A stretch of DNA of 54,765 nt from an uncultured bacterium (GCA_965369815.1 CBDUQS010000002.1:1-54765); one strand, 5' to 3'. Positions 21,218-31,099 are shown, numbered from the stretch's first letter. Notes: generated by a model not told the origin, from the letters alone. A program made the numbers and translations.

Positions 21218-21253
21218 TATTATTATACCAAATTTACCCCTAAAAATCAATAC
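21218..21253 (-). promoter_or_regulatory. promoter cassette copy b, for the 996-aa gene
   Basis: The minus strand reads GTATTGATTTTTAGGGGTAAATTTGGTATAATAATA. -10 is at 21227-21222, -35 at 21250-21245, and the TTG start at 21195. Confidence 0.75.
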
Positions 21254-21270
21254 TATATAAAGCAAGTTTC

Positions 21271-21340
21271 TTGACCCCCTCTAAATCTCCCCCTTAATTA
21301 AGGGGGAGCCGACCCCGAACACGGGGACGGAGGGGGTCAA
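21271..21340. other. GC-rich three-stem structured element (candidate structured RNA or repeat module)
   Basis: Outer stem TTGACCCCCTC/GAGGGGGTCAA (11 bp). It encloses hairpin CTCCCCCTT-aatt-AAGGGGGAG (9 bp) and hairpin CCCCG-aaca-CGGGG (5 bp). Confidence 0.45.
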
Positions 21341-21347
21341 TGTCCTC

Positions 21348-21413
21348 TTGTCATTCCCGCGAAGGCGGGAATCTATAATTTGAATCAGATTCCCGCCTTC
21401 GCGGGAATGACAA
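21348..21413. repeat. GTCATTCC-family element, perfect 26-nt inverted pair
   Basis: TTGTCATTCCCGCGAAGGCGGGAATC (21348-21373), 14-nt spacer, GATTCCCGCCTTCGCGGGAATGACAA (21388-21413). Each arm also has its own CCCGC-gaag-GCGGG hairpin. Confidence 0.85.
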
Positions 21414-21460
21414 ATTAGTTGAACAAATTATTTATACATGAACAATTTTTGTATACAACA

Positions 21461-21495
21461 AAAACTGTAAACTAGAAACTACAAACTGCAAACTG
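21461..21495 (+). repeat. heptamer array NAAACTR x5
   Basis: aaaactg taaacta gaaacta caaactg caaactg, directly 3' of the prfA stop (minus strand). Confidence 0.8.
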
Positions 21496-21499
21496 TTTT

Positions 21500-22594
21500 T
21501 TAACTCTGAAACTGAGCCAATTTTTTCGCCTGATCTTCAATCGTTAATTTTTCAATAATATCCGTAATTTCACCATCCATAATTCCTGGTAAATTACTCC
21601 AACTTTGATGAATGCGATGATCGGTTACACGATCTTGTGGAAAATTGTAAGTTCGAATCTTTTCACTACGATCCCCAGATCCAACCATATCAGACCGCAT
21701 ATCCCCTCTTTCTTTGGCTAACCTCTCTTCTTCAAGTTGATACAAACGTGCTCGAAGAACCGACATAGCTTTTGTCTTATTTTTAAGCTGAGATTTTTCG
21801 TCCTGACAGGTCACCACCAAATTAGTTGGTGTGTGAGTGATGCGAACCGCACTATCCGTTGTATTCACGCTCTGACCACCATTTCCACTACTTCTGTATA
21901 CATCAACACGCAAGTCCTCATCTCGAATTTCAATATCCACTTCTTCTGCCTCTGGCAAAACCGCCACGGTCACCGCCGACGTATGAATACGCCCCTGACT
22001 CTCAGTAGAAGGAATACGCTGAACCCGATGAGTACCACTTTCAAACTTCAACTTACTATAAGCTCCATGCCCATCGATTCTAAAAATAATTTCTTTAATT
22101 CCCCCACTGTCAGCTTCATTTTTATTAATCACTTCTGTTTTAAAATTCTGGTCCTCCGCATAACGCATATATGATCGGGAAAGCTCAGCTGCAAAAAGCG
22201 CCGCCTCTTCCCCGCCAGCCCCTGCCCGAATTTCTACAATCACACTTTTCTCATCATTCGAATCCTTTGGAAGTAAAGCAACCTTCAAATCCTCTTCCAA
22301 CTGTTCTTTTTCTTCTTTAGCTCCAACCAAATCCTCCTTAGCCATTGCAATCATTTCTTCATCTTTTTCAGTACTCAAAAGCTCTTCAGATTCCTCAATA
22401 GTTTTTAAAGCTTTTTCGTAAGCATTAATTAGCTCAACAACAGGGCGAAGCTGAGCCCCCTTTTGACCCAATTTACGAAACAAATCCGGATTCGACGCAT
22501 TATTCGGATCGGAAAGATCCTTATTCACCTGTTCATACTCCGCTTTGATTTGAAGTAGCTTATCGAGCATTTTTAAAAGACTATAACGAGACAA
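21500..22594 (-). CDS. prfA: peptide chain release factor 1
   Basis: 364 aa. RF1 tripeptide region [17 protein letters not shown] and GGQ motif [20 protein letters not shown]. Confidence 0.95.
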   Translation of the reverse strand: MSRYSLLKMLDKLLQIKAEYEQVNKDLSDPNNASNPDLFRKLGQKGAQLRPVVELINAYEKALKTIEESEELLSTEKDEEMIAMAKEDLVGAKEEKEQLEEDLKVALLPKDSNDEKSVIVEIRAGAGGEEAALFAAELSRSYMRYAEDQNFKTEVINKNEADSGGIKEIIFRIDGHGAYSKLKFESGTHRVQRIPSTESQGRIHTSAVTVAVLPEAEEVDIEIRDEDLRVDVYRSSGNGGQSVNTTDSAVRITHTPTNLVVTCQDEKSQLKNKTKAMSVLRARLYQLEEERLAKERGDMRSDMVGSGDRSEKIRTYNFPQDRVTDHRIHQSWSNLPGIMDGEITDIIEKLTIEDQAKKLAQFQS

Positions 22595-22670
22595 CGTATA
22601 ACTTATAACAGAAAAAAACCTCCCTCACAACGTCACGACATTATGGTGTCATTAAAACATAACCTTCATG

Positions 22671-22706
22671 GTATTGATTTTTAGAGAGAAATTTGGTATA
22701 ATAATA
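22671..22706 (+). promoter_or_regulatory. promoter cassette copy a: TTGATT-17-TATAAT with TGg extended -10
   Basis: GTATTGATTTTTAGAGAGAAATTTGGTATAATAATA. -35 at 22674-22679, -10 at 22697-22702, and ATG at 22725. Confidence 0.75.
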
Positions 22707-22724
22707 GGATTTAAATAAAAACAA

Positions 22725-23255
22725 ATGCCAGAAGAAAAAAACCAAGCAACAGAAATACAAGAAGACGCTTCCCATCCGGGAGCTCATCACAACAAGCTTC
22801 TCCTTACATGGAAAGCCCCTGAATTCATCAATCACCAGAGAAGTAATCGATGGTTTTGGATAGCAGGAATTCTTGTTCTTCTTCTTGTTCTATATGCGCT
22901 TTACACAAATTCTGCCACGATGGCGATCGTTTTTGTCGTTTTGGCTGGAGTGTACTACCTCACTCACAATCAGGAACCAAAAATAATCGATATCAAATTA
23001 ACTGAATTGGGGATTTACGTGGATCAAAAATTCCATCCATACAATCAAATCAATTCTTTTTGGGTGGTTTACCATCCCCCATTCGTTCATACGTTGAATT
23101 TAAGATTGGGAAACAAGAGTTACACAAAGGTAGCGATACAGCTAGACAATCAAAACCCTGTTGAAGTACGAGAAACACTTGCAAAAGAAATCCCAGAAAT
23201 TGAAGGTGAAGGAGAATCTTTAGGAGACATAATGACCCGATTACTACGACTATAA
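22725..23255 (+). CDS. hypothetical two-TM membrane protein with C-terminal beta-rich domain (176 aa), first gene of orphan operon
   Basis: WKAPEF...RWFWIAGILVLLLVLYALY and MAIVFVVLAGVYYL helices. The stop overlaps the next start (TAATG at 23253-23257). Confidence 0.7.
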   Translation: MPEEKNQATEIQEDASHPGAHHNKLLLTWKAPEFINHQRSNRWFWIAGILVLLLVLYALYTNSATMAIVFVVLAGVYYLTHNQEPKIIDIKLTELGIYVDQKFHPYNQINSFWVVYHPPFVHTLNLRLGNKSYTKVAIQLDNQNPVEVRETLAKEIPEIEGEGESLGDIMTRLLRL

Positions 23256-25681
23256 TGCTTTTACATCTTTTCGATCATCGGGAGCACAAACCAACCTTCC
23301 TTTTTGCAAAGCAGGAAGGGGCTGAAACCGCGACCATTTTTGAAGGCAAAGAGGCAGAGAAGAAAGTCATGGAATCTTTTTTCAATGAAGAGGAGCTTAA
23401 AGAATTAACAAAAAAAAGCCCTGAAGAGGTAAGGCAATTTGTAGATGAGAAATTTGAAGAAAGATTCGGAAAAGAGTCTTACGAAAATGAGCTTGAACAG
23501 CATTTTAAGTCATACAGAGTAGCTCCAATGGTAAAAGAACGGCTAATGAAAGACTCAATGGCGCGATACGAAGCTAACTACCGAAGTACACTCGCCCGTT
23601 TCTATCGTCATACAGAAAGTAAAATCAGTCATTTTGAAGATTTAATGGAAGAAACTCGATCTTCCACACGAGATGAGCTTAGTAAATTAAGCCAAGCGAT
23701 TGAAAACGTTCAAGCAGTCGAGTCATCCACTCCCGAATTAGAAAACGTAGTAAACCCTGTCGAAAAATTAACTTTTGGTGGAACTTGGGCTCATAAAATC
23801 CCACTTGTCGGACCTTTATTTGAACATACCGATATTCCGATTTTATCTCCAGTAATCACGCCAGCAGAGTACCGAGAATACCGAGAATTCCAAGGGGAAA
23901 CCACGGGGCAATTCATTAGTTTTACAGAGGCACTCAGTGATCAATTTCTAAATCCAGATCTAATGGAGGATCATTTAACTAAAGATGAGCTAGATGAATA
24001 CAAAACATTAGCTGGACACGACTGGTTCACTGACGGATTTAGTGATGGAATGGAGGATTACGTTGAAAAACAGCTTAAGGATATATTTGAAAATACAAAA
24101 GACGCTGACGAGCTTAAAAAACAACTCACCCTGTTAAGAGGCTATATTGTTGAAAGATACACGACCTATGCCAATGAAGATGGGTTAATTGATTTACATG
24201 AACTCAGAAGGCTCAATAGAGAAGCAAGTCGCTTTGTTGATTTAACAAGTGAACTAAATAAAACCGAAGACCCAGAAGAAATCATTCGATTGCTGGAAGC
24301 TAATCAATTTATGAAGCCCGAAGTATTAGAAAGAGCAACAGGAGTCATGCTCGACCAAATGCTGAAAGACTCAATCCGAAATGGAACCGAAACCCATTTA
24401 ATTCAATTTGTTGAAGAGAAAACGGGCGAAAGTGATTTAAGCTTCCGCCAAGCAAGCAATAAGCTAGATGAATTAATGAAAGACCGCGTTGAAAGCGGTG
24501 CCGTTGCACTCACCGAGCTAATCACCGAACTGAATGAAGCTGTGAATGGAGAAAGGGTAGAGTTTCTGAAAATTCCTGAAACCGATTCAAAGGCAATGAA
24601 AGGGTTAGCACTCAAACAACGTGACTTAATTTTAAGTCGTCGGATTGAACCAAAGAACGTCGATGATCGGCTTGTGGCCGAATTCATGAGTACAGGGTTT
24701 CTCGGAAGAAAAACAATGCTCGATAATAAAACGGAAAGAGCTGCTCTCTTTCAGGCTATTCAAAGCATTAAAGAGCATTACCCAAGAATCTACAACGAGC
24801 GACACCAAAGTTCAATCTCTGAAACAACAGATATAAGATACAGTGATGACCCCTCTGATCCAAGTGGACACGACAAAATTGCACGACTACTAGCAATGAC
24901 CGCCTTAGCTAAAGAGGCAGGATGGATTGTTGGGAATTTAAGCTCATCGGAGGATTTCAAAGAAGAAAACCTTTCAGTGCAATTAGAAGAGACTGAAATC
25001 GATGAAACTCCCCCAAAAATTTATTCAGAATTTCGAGATCGACTAAAAATGCATTCTACACGCTATCGAACTCAAGCTTCTCGATCGGGATTCAATGGAC
25101 GGGACATAGCACTCAATGGCCTTAAGGTACTAGGCGGAATAACACTCTTAATTAATTACATGAATTTCCGAAAAGAGTATGGAACCATTGAGGGGGCAAT
25201 CAAATTAACTACCAATCCATGGGCTGCCCTTGCAGCTGGAACCGTTTACGGCGCTCATAAAGTTCAAGATCGACCTGAAGTTGCAGGATACCTCTTTGAA
25301 AGCGAAGGAAGTCAAGAACGAATTGCAACCACATTAGGGCTCGACAGTCTTTCTAAGAAGATAGGAAGGCATCCTCTACTTTCTTTTATAGGAAATGCAA
25401 ATGAATTCAAAGCAATGTCCTCTCTCATGAAAGATCCACAAGAAGGGGTGAATATTATTGGACAATTAAATAAAAAAGCAGTGGAAAGAGATGGGAAAAA
25501 TCCCGTGATCACAAAAGATGACCTTAAGGAGGCGTTGAATACCGCAACTGGAAGTGATGCTGTATGGAGTCAGTTACCCAACTTCTCAAACGACCGAACT
25601 CGATACCTATTTTATTCAAAATTCCTAACCAAGGCCAGAAACGTCCGTCAGCTCAAGCACAACTGCGAAACCTGGATTTAA
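23255..25681 (+). CDS. hypothetical 808-aa acidic helical protein with two C-proximal hydrophobic helices
   Basis: Translationally coupled to the upstream gene. Hydrophobic LKVLGGITLLINYMNF and WAALAAGTVYGA lie near residues ~620-670. No recognisable domain. Confidence 0.75.
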   Translation: MLLHLFDHREHKPTFLFAKQEGAETATIFEGKEAEKKVMESFFNEEELKELTKKSPEEVRQFVDEKFEERFGKESYENELEQHFKSYRVAPMVKERLMKDSMARYEANYRSTLARFYRHTESKISHFEDLMEETRSSTRDELSKLSQAIENVQAVESSTPELENVVNPVEKLTFGGTWAHKIPLVGPLFEHTDIPILSPVITPAEYREYREFQGETTGQFISFTEALSDQFLNPDLMEDHLTKDELDEYKTLAGHDWFTDGFSDGMEDYVEKQLKDIFENTKDADELKKQLTLLRGYIVERYTTYANEDGLIDLHELRRLNREASRFVDLTSELNKTEDPEEIIRLLEANQFMKPEVLERATGVMLDQMLKDSIRNGTETHLIQFVEEKTGESDLSFRQASNKLDELMKDRVESGAVALTELITELNEAVNGERVEFLKIPETDSKAMKGLALKQRDLILSRRIEPKNVDDRLVAEFMSTGFLGRKTMLDNKTERAALFQAIQSIKEHYPRIYNERHQSSISETTDIRYSDDPSDPSGHDKIARLLAMTALAKEAGWIVGNLSSSEDFKEENLSVQLEETEIDETPPKIYSEFRDRLKMHSTRYRTQASRSGFNGRDIALNGLKVLGGITLLINYMNFRKEYGTIEGAIKLTTNPWAALAAGTVYGAHKVQDRPEVAGYLFESEGSQERIATTLGLDSLSKKIGRHPLLSFIGNANEFKAMSSLMKDPQEGVNIIGQLNKKAVERDGKNPVITKDDLKEALNTATGSDAVWSQLPNFSNDRTRYLFYSKFLTKARNVRQLKHNCETWI

Positions 25682-25687
25682 TTCAAT

Positions 25688-25715
25688 ATTCTTAATCCTT
25701 AATCCTTAGTCCTTA
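25688..25715 (+). repeat. heptamer array ATTCTTA ATCCTTA ATCCTTA GTCCTTA
   Basis: Fills the spacer between the 808-aa gene stop and the ATG at 25721. Confidence 0.85.
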
Positions 25716-25720
25716 CCTAA

Positions 25721-25981
25721 ATGATCAACGAAATTCCAAAACCACAAGAAGGTCAAGAAAATCTCTCCACGAGAGAAAGGCAAGGAATGGTAAAAAATCG
25801 AGTGAATCAACAGGGAGAAAAAATGACTCCCCGATTAGCTGGACAAAAAAGAGTACAACCAAACGAGCAACAAACAAACACTCCTTCCAATAAAGCTAAA
25901 AAAGGCATGGGCAAATGGGCCATTGCTGCCGTATCTGGCAGTGCTGCCGCCGGAGGACTTGTAACCTATTTAATAAGTTAA
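25721..25981 (+). CDS. hypothetical 86-aa basic peptide with C-terminal small-residue TM tail
   Basis: Gln/Lys/Asn-rich N-terminal part, then WAIAAVSGSAAAGGLVTYLIS. Lies 4 nt upstream of the next gene. Confidence 0.55.
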   Translation: MINEIPKPQEGQENLSTRERQGMVKNRVNQQGEKMTPRLAGQKRVQPNEQQTNTPSNKAKKGMGKWAIAAVSGSAAAGGLVTYLIS

Positions 25982-25985
25982 AAAT

Positions 25986-28358
25986 ATGAATCGCATCAAA
26001 CAAACAATAAAAGGATTATTTTTAACCGCATTGATTGTGGGGGCCTTTGGTTTAAACTTAAACGCTCAGTGGTCAAGTGATGCAGGTAAAACTACAAGCG
26101 TAAGCACTCATATTGAAAACTTACTAACTACCAATACTTTTGCTGCAACGGCACAGGAAATACAAAGAGAAATGGACGAAATAAAAACAAGGGGAGAACA
26201 GGGAAATGCACGCGCGGGAGATGCGGAAAAGCTAGAGACACTAGGTCAAGACCTAGAGGCGGCAGAAGAGCTAGGTGATCAAGTAGAATACAAAATATCT
26301 GAAAAACTCAAAACAGCAATCTTAGGAGCCTCCGATCTTATTAATAAAGTTTTCGACCCCGCCATATTCACCATCACCAACTCTATAGGAGGTCTACTGG
26401 GGAACGACTATATTTTTGCGGGAGCTATGGGGAAAATGCTCCATGAAATATGGGTGGTAAGTCGAAATATCGTCAATATTGTATTCGTTCTCATCCTCTT
26501 ATTTTTAGCCCTACGTCATATTTTTGGATCAGAAGAAAGCAGTGAATTAAAAAAAGCATTGCCCAAGTTTGTCATTATGCTGATCGCCATCAACTTTTCA
26601 TGGCTAGGAGCACGATTAGTTCTAGATGCCGCCAATGTCGCCACCAATGTCGCCTTTGCAATTCCAGCGGGAACAAAGGGGATAGTGGAACTGGAAGCAG
26701 AAGAATGTAACCTTAATAACAACGGAGGGGCAGAAGGAAGCTGTGGGCTTGTTTCCCTATACAAACCCTTTGATGCAACTGACGACAGCAGTATCATAAT
26801 AAAAACCGAAGAGGACAAGGAAGCAAAATGCAACCTAAAAGCTTTATACGACGACGCCTATGGAGTCGACGCAGATGGGGAAAAGATAGAAGGGTATACC
26901 CCCCCTGGCAAAGAGAATGCATATTATCAAACAACCACCTACTGCTGGGAAAACAGAAAACTTGATAAATTCAGTAAAAGCAATGCGGCTTATCATTTAA
27001 CCTATAGCATGGCAAAGGTACAAAACTTGCCCAAAGCCACTGCAGTAGGAACCACGGCTGAAACCTTTGCCAAAATTGGGATTGGAACCTTGTTTTCGCT
27101 CTTCTTTCAAATTGTTTATTTAATTGCATTTGCATCTTTATTCATAGTCCTCATCTTCCGTGTAGCCGCCTTGTGGTTCATGGTAGCCTTTTCACCCTTT
27201 TTAGTTCTTCTGCTCTATCTATCGCAAGACAGTCAACTAAGTGGGATAGGGAAAAGTATTGAGAGTAAATTCAGCATTGCACAATTCGCCAATTGGGCAT
27301 TCGCCCCTGCAAAAGTTGGCCTAGTGTGGTCAGTTGGATTTCTTATGATAACAACGGGGCAAATATCGACAAAAGAGGTTGCAGTAGCCCTAAATAAGAC
27401 GGGGGATATCACCTCATACGGTTTTTCTGTCAGCTCTCTTTATATGGGAATGGAAAGCATTCAAGAGCTAATGTGGCTCTTAATGACCATTGGAATTATA
27501 TGGGTAGGAACCTTTGCCGTATTCAGTGATCTTGCCGTGGTGAACACCATAACCGATAAGATAAAAAATTACGGAAATGACTTTGCGAAAGAGGTGGCAA
27601 TGTCACCAACATGGGCACCAATCATGCCAATGATTGATCCAAAAACAGGAGGATTAAAACTTGGTTCTTACGGTAAAACAGCAGGTCCTGTTGGAATGCT
27701 TCAAAAAGCGAAAGCCTATCATACAGGTACAGACGATAGGAAATTCGAGAATGCCCACGAAAAACTCAAGACAGCAAAAGATCGAAACCCAAGTGACTTT
27801 GCTAAAATCAGTACTGGAAGTGATGAAGATAGATTTAAAGCCTTTAGTCGACTATCAGGATTAAGCGCTGCAGAAATCAGTAGTGATCCTAGAAAGGTAA
27901 AGAGCATGTTAAAAGATCTAGGAGTCGACGAGAGACACTCTCAGCGAATTATAGACCATGCTGACAAGAACAAAGGGAAACTTGATAGTCCAACTGACAC
28001 AAAGGTGACAGCAGCGGCTTCGTTCTCTGGTACAGACATGAAAACTGCGGTTGCTAGCGCATTAAGTGGAGATCCAAGTTTGAAAAAAATGGCTGAAAAA
28101 GCAGGGGTAAGCCATGAACAAGTGGAGCAACATCTAAGTGCAAAAGATAGAGATTTCAAAAACCTATCAAGAAATGATGTTGAAGAAGCAATAAGACTTG
28201 GTGAGGAAGATGTTATTAAGGATAAAAAGAGGGGCGATGTTAGTGACGCACCAACAACAACATCAGATCCAGCAGCGGATGCAGCAGCGGCAAGGGCAGC
28301 AGCAGATGCAGCAGAAGGAAGAGCGCCAAGAGAAGGACAACCGCCACCGCAAGTGTAA
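25986..28358 (+). CDS. polytopic membrane protein (790 aa), VirB6/TrbL-like topology, long charged C-terminal tail
   Basis: Signal/TM LFLTALIVGAFGLNLNAQ. Helices IVNIVFVLILLFLAL, FVIMLIAINFSWLGARLVL, IGTLFSLFFQIVYLIAFASLFIVLIF, WFMVAFSPFLVLLLYL, VGLVWSVGFLMITTG and LMWLLMTIGIIWVGTFAVF. A 4-Cys loop and an Ala/Pro-rich end. Confidence 0.75.
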   Translation: MNRIKQTIKGLFLTALIVGAFGLNLNAQWSSDAGKTTSVSTHIENLLTTNTFAATAQEIQREMDEIKTRGEQGNARAGDAEKLETLGQDLEAAEELGDQVEYKISEKLKTAILGASDLINKVFDPAIFTITNSIGGLLGNDYIFAGAMGKMLHEIWVVSRNIVNIVFVLILLFLALRHIFGSEESSELKKALPKFVIMLIAINFSWLGARLVLDAANVATNVAFAIPAGTKGIVELEAEECNLNNNGGAEGSCGLVSLYKPFDATDDSSIIIKTEEDKEAKCNLKALYDDAYGVDADGEKIEGYTPPGKENAYYQTTTYCWENRKLDKFSKSNAAYHLTYSMAKVQNLPKATAVGTTAETFAKIGIGTLFSLFFQIVYLIAFASLFIVLIFRVAALWFMVAFSPFLVLLLYLSQDSQLSGIGKSIESKFSIAQFANWAFAPAKVGLVWSVGFLMITTGQISTKEVAVALNKTGDITSYGFSVSSLYMGMESIQELMWLLMTIGIIWVGTFAVFSDLAVVNTITDKIKNYGNDFAKEVAMSPTWAPIMPMIDPKTGGLKLGSYGKTAGPVGMLQKAKAYHTGTDDRKFENAHEKLKTAKDRNPSDFAKISTGSDEDRFKAFSRLSGLSAAEISSDPRKVKSMLKDLGVDERHSQRIIDHADKNKGKLDSPTDTKVTAAASFSGTDMKTAVASALSGDPSLKKMAEKAGVSHEQVEQHLSAKDRDFKNLSRNDVEEAIRLGEEDVIKDKKRGDVSDAPTTTSDPAADAAAARAAADAAEGRAPREGQPPPQV

Positions 28359-28391
28359 GAAAAACTAGTAACACTATAAATTCCTAAAAAC

Positions 28392-28427
28392 AAAACCCCC
28401 GATCCTCATTTGAGAATCGGGGGTTTT
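28392..28427. terminator. strong bidirectional rho-independent terminator
   Basis: AAAACCCCCGAT (28392-28403) and ATCGGGGGTTTT (28416-28427) form a perfect 12-bp GC-cored stem flanked by A/T runs. It lies between convergent genes. Confidence 0.85.
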
Positions 28428-28434
28428 GATAAAA

Positions 28435-28466
28435 TTGCATCGCAGGTTAGAAAACCTTCTCTGCAA
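28435..28466. repeat. CAGGTTAGAAAACCT-family hairpin element, single copy
   Basis: ttgcatcgcaggttagaaaaccttctctgcaa, with nested stems TTGCA/TGCAA and AGGTT/AACCT. Lies in the 3' region of the ATPase gene. Confidence 0.6.
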
Positions 28467-28521
28467 TTAAAAAATATCCAACACCCATGTCGGAACGAAA
28501 ACTTTCCAGTCTACGAGACGA

Positions 28522-31059
28522 CTACACCTTTTTATCCTCACCACTCGGTTCATCCGTAATCTTCGTTCCTACACGCCGATAGATCTCCCGTTCTACAAAC
28601 TGACGCTCGCGAGAATACTTAAGACGTGAGAGCTGACGGAAGGCTTCAGCAGCCTCAACATCCCCTTTCGACGGATCGTAAACGGTCGACATAGAGAAAG
28701 CCCGTGAAGTAGCGTTATCGATGTTCAACTTAATATAAGCTTGGTAATTCGCAATATTCACCAAATCCTGTTCACTGAACACCGGTGCGAACTCTTTCGC
28801 CATATATTCCGCATCCTGAGCACCAATTTTAAAACACATCATTGAGCCCACATTACCGAATACGGCATCGCGAATGGTGGTGTCTTCATGAGTCCCCTTT
28901 CCACCTCCGCTCATTTTCGTGATCTGAGAAATATACTGATGTGCGATGGTTAAGCTTAATCGGTATTTTCGAGCTTCTGAAAGAATTGAAGCAAAGCTTT
29001 CCGTCACAAAATTCTGGAATTCATCCACGTACATATAAAAGTCCTTTCGCTCCTCCTCCGGCATATCCACACGGCTCATGGCAGACATCTGAAGCTTAGA
29101 GACCATAACCATACCCAGTAGCTGGGCGTTTAAGTCTCCCAACTTACCTTTCGAAAGATTACAAAGTAGTATCTTCCCGGAATCCATTACTTCGCGGAAG
29201 TCGAAACCAGATTTGGTTTGCCCAATAATATTACGAATTTGAGCATTGGTAATGAAAGGGCCAAACTTCGCACTAAAATACGGAATCATCTCCTGTTTTT
29301 CACGAGCGCCTGTCGAAGCCATTTCTTTTTCCCAGAACGATCTCACCACTGGATTTTTAACCTTGGCCACCTTATAGCGCTGCCAACTTTCATCGGTAAA
29401 TAAACGAGGTAAGTCAATCAGCGTTGCACCCTCTTCGTCATCTTCCATAAGTGTTAAGCAACCATTGCGAAAGTAATGCTGAAGACGCGGACCCATAATC
29501 TCTTCACCAAATAATTTAATAAAAATCGCCAACGCCTCCTGAGACATAAACTCTTTCTCCTCTTTTGAATGAGCTTCAAGAATATTCAAGCCCATTGGTC
29601 GCTCTAAATCTCCTGGATCAAAAATAATAACGTCATCCGCACGGCTTCGCGGAATGAATGGCATAACCCCTTCTACTAAATCTCCATGAGGATCGATTAA
29701 ACAAACTCCTTCTTTATCTGCCAAATCTTGATTAATCATTCCTTTTAGAATAGTAGATTTACCAGTACCCGACTTTCCAATAATGTAGAAATGACGACGA
29801 CGATCATCTCGCTTCACATGAACCTTCTTGGATTCACCCCGATAACTATTATTTCCCAAAAATAGACCTTCTTTTGGTAAATTGTTTGGAGCAGGAGCGA
29901 TTTTGAACTCCTGCCACTTAATCACCGGCGATCGGTTGTATTTAATATTTGGGAAATGAAAAACCGAAGCCACCTCTTCAGAACACAAAATCATTGCCCC
30001 TGGGTGGAATAAGCGCTGAAGCCATCCTTTTTTAATATCTCGCAATATAAAACCACGAAGCAAGGCCTTCATTGAAAAATATTTTGTTTTAGCAAAGCCA
30101 TTATTATTGGGGGCGTGGTACTGAACAAAGGAACTCATCACATCCCCAACAATCTGCTTGCTTCGATAGCTGGTTTTCGCAGAAGTAACAATACGAATGA
30201 TGGTTTCAAAACCAACTTTCACATTCTTGGTTTCCATTAACTTCACCTGCTCGTCCATTAAAGGAGTCGTGCGAGTAGTCGCGTTATCGGCCCCCATATT
30301 TTCAGTGAATTTTTCCTGATCCGCACCTTGAACCAAAATGCGAATTAAGGTTCCAATCCAAGCAAAAACGTTCATTTTAGAAAGAAAACTTTTTTCTTTC
30401 TTTCCTTGAAAAAGATCCCCTGCCTTCGTTCTTCCTTTTTCCTGCCAACCGTCCCCTACAGGACGAAGCATAACTTGAACCGCCACCCCTTCATCCACAT
30501 CAATCTTAGAAAGCGCATTGGCGATATTATTAAAAGGGTCTGAACCAAGGAATTGATAAGTTCGAATGGGATACATATTAGGCTTTGCCAAACGCACGTA
30601 CATTCCCGACGTCTTATAACCTTCACGAAAAATATTGTAATCCTCCACCTGCTCGATAAACACATCTGAGTAAAAAGCCGTCACTTGTTTTTCGAACAGC
30701 GACTTTAAGTTCCGCGGAACCACCAAGAAGAATCGAAGCAACCCATCAAGAACAACATATTCACAAGAAAAGAAGTCCTGACCAGTTAATTTATTGATCA
30801 AATCCCCACAATGCATCGCATGAAGCCCTTCATAAAGGTGGGTCATGACATCATTCACCTCTTTAAATGATTTTCCGGATGAATACTGCTCACTTTCCCG
30901 CTCACGATCCTCCTTAGAATCTTTAATGGGAACGGATACTTGTAGAAACACCATATTCAGTGACCGCTCCAAGTTTTTCTTAGCTCGAATTCGCCACGCA
31001 ATCAAAAACCCAATCGCTGCCAAAACGCCGATAATGCCAAGTGTTTGTAAGAAAATCAT
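28522..31059 (-). CDS. TM-anchored FtsK/HerA-superfamily P-loop ATPase (VirB4/VirD4/TraG-like T4SS-type)
   Basis: 845 aa. N-terminal TM LGIIGVLAAIGFLIAW and a ~400-aa unknown domain. Walker A HFYIIGKSGTGKST then LIDPHGDL, Walker B FYMYVDEFQNF, ARKYRLSLTIAHQYISQI. Confidence 0.8.
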   Translation of the reverse strand: MIFLQTLGIIGVLAAIGFLIAWRIRAKKNLERSLNMVFLQVSVPIKDSKEDRERESEQYSSGKSFKEVNDVMTHLYEGLHAMHCGDLINKLTGQDFFSCEYVVLDGLLRFFLVVPRNLKSLFEKQVTAFYSDVFIEQVEDYNIFREGYKTSGMYVRLAKPNMYPIRTYQFLGSDPFNNIANALSKIDVDEGVAVQVMLRPVGDGWQEKGRTKAGDLFQGKKEKSFLSKMNVFAWIGTLIRILVQGADQEKFTENMGADNATTRTTPLMDEQVKLMETKNVKVGFETIIRIVTSAKTSYRSKQIVGDVMSSFVQYHAPNNNGFAKTKYFSMKALLRGFILRDIKKGWLQRLFHPGAMILCSEEVASVFHFPNIKYNRSPVIKWQEFKIAPAPNNLPKEGLFLGNNSYRGESKKVHVKRDDRRRHFYIIGKSGTGKSTILKGMINQDLADKEGVCLIDPHGDLVEGVMPFIPRSRADDVIIFDPGDLERPMGLNILEAHSKEEKEFMSQEALAIFIKLFGEEIMGPRLQHYFRNGCLTLMEDDEEGATLIDLPRLFTDESWQRYKVAKVKNPVVRSFWEKEMASTGAREKQEMIPYFSAKFGPFITNAQIRNIIGQTKSGFDFREVMDSGKILLCNLSKGKLGDLNAQLLGMVMVSKLQMSAMSRVDMPEEERKDFYMYVDEFQNFVTESFASILSEARKYRLSLTIAHQYISQITKMSGGGKGTHEDTTIRDAVFGNVGSMMCFKIGAQDAEYMAKEFAPVFSEQDLVNIANYQAYIKLNIDNATSRAFSMSTVYDPSKGDVEAAEAFRQLSRLKYSRERQFVEREIYRRVGTKITDEPSGEDKKV

Positions 31060-31099
31060 TTTTTATTTTGAAGAGAGTGGACTCACAGTCAACAAACAG

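Noticed and set aside
25841-25860. GGACAAAAAAGAGTACAACC, a partial look-alike of the purB 20-mer, suggesting a genome-wide uptake-type signal.
   Set aside because: It needs a gap and mismatches, matching only 9+7 nt. No other copies of the core occur outside purB in this window, so a window-wide uptake-signal interpretation is unsupported.
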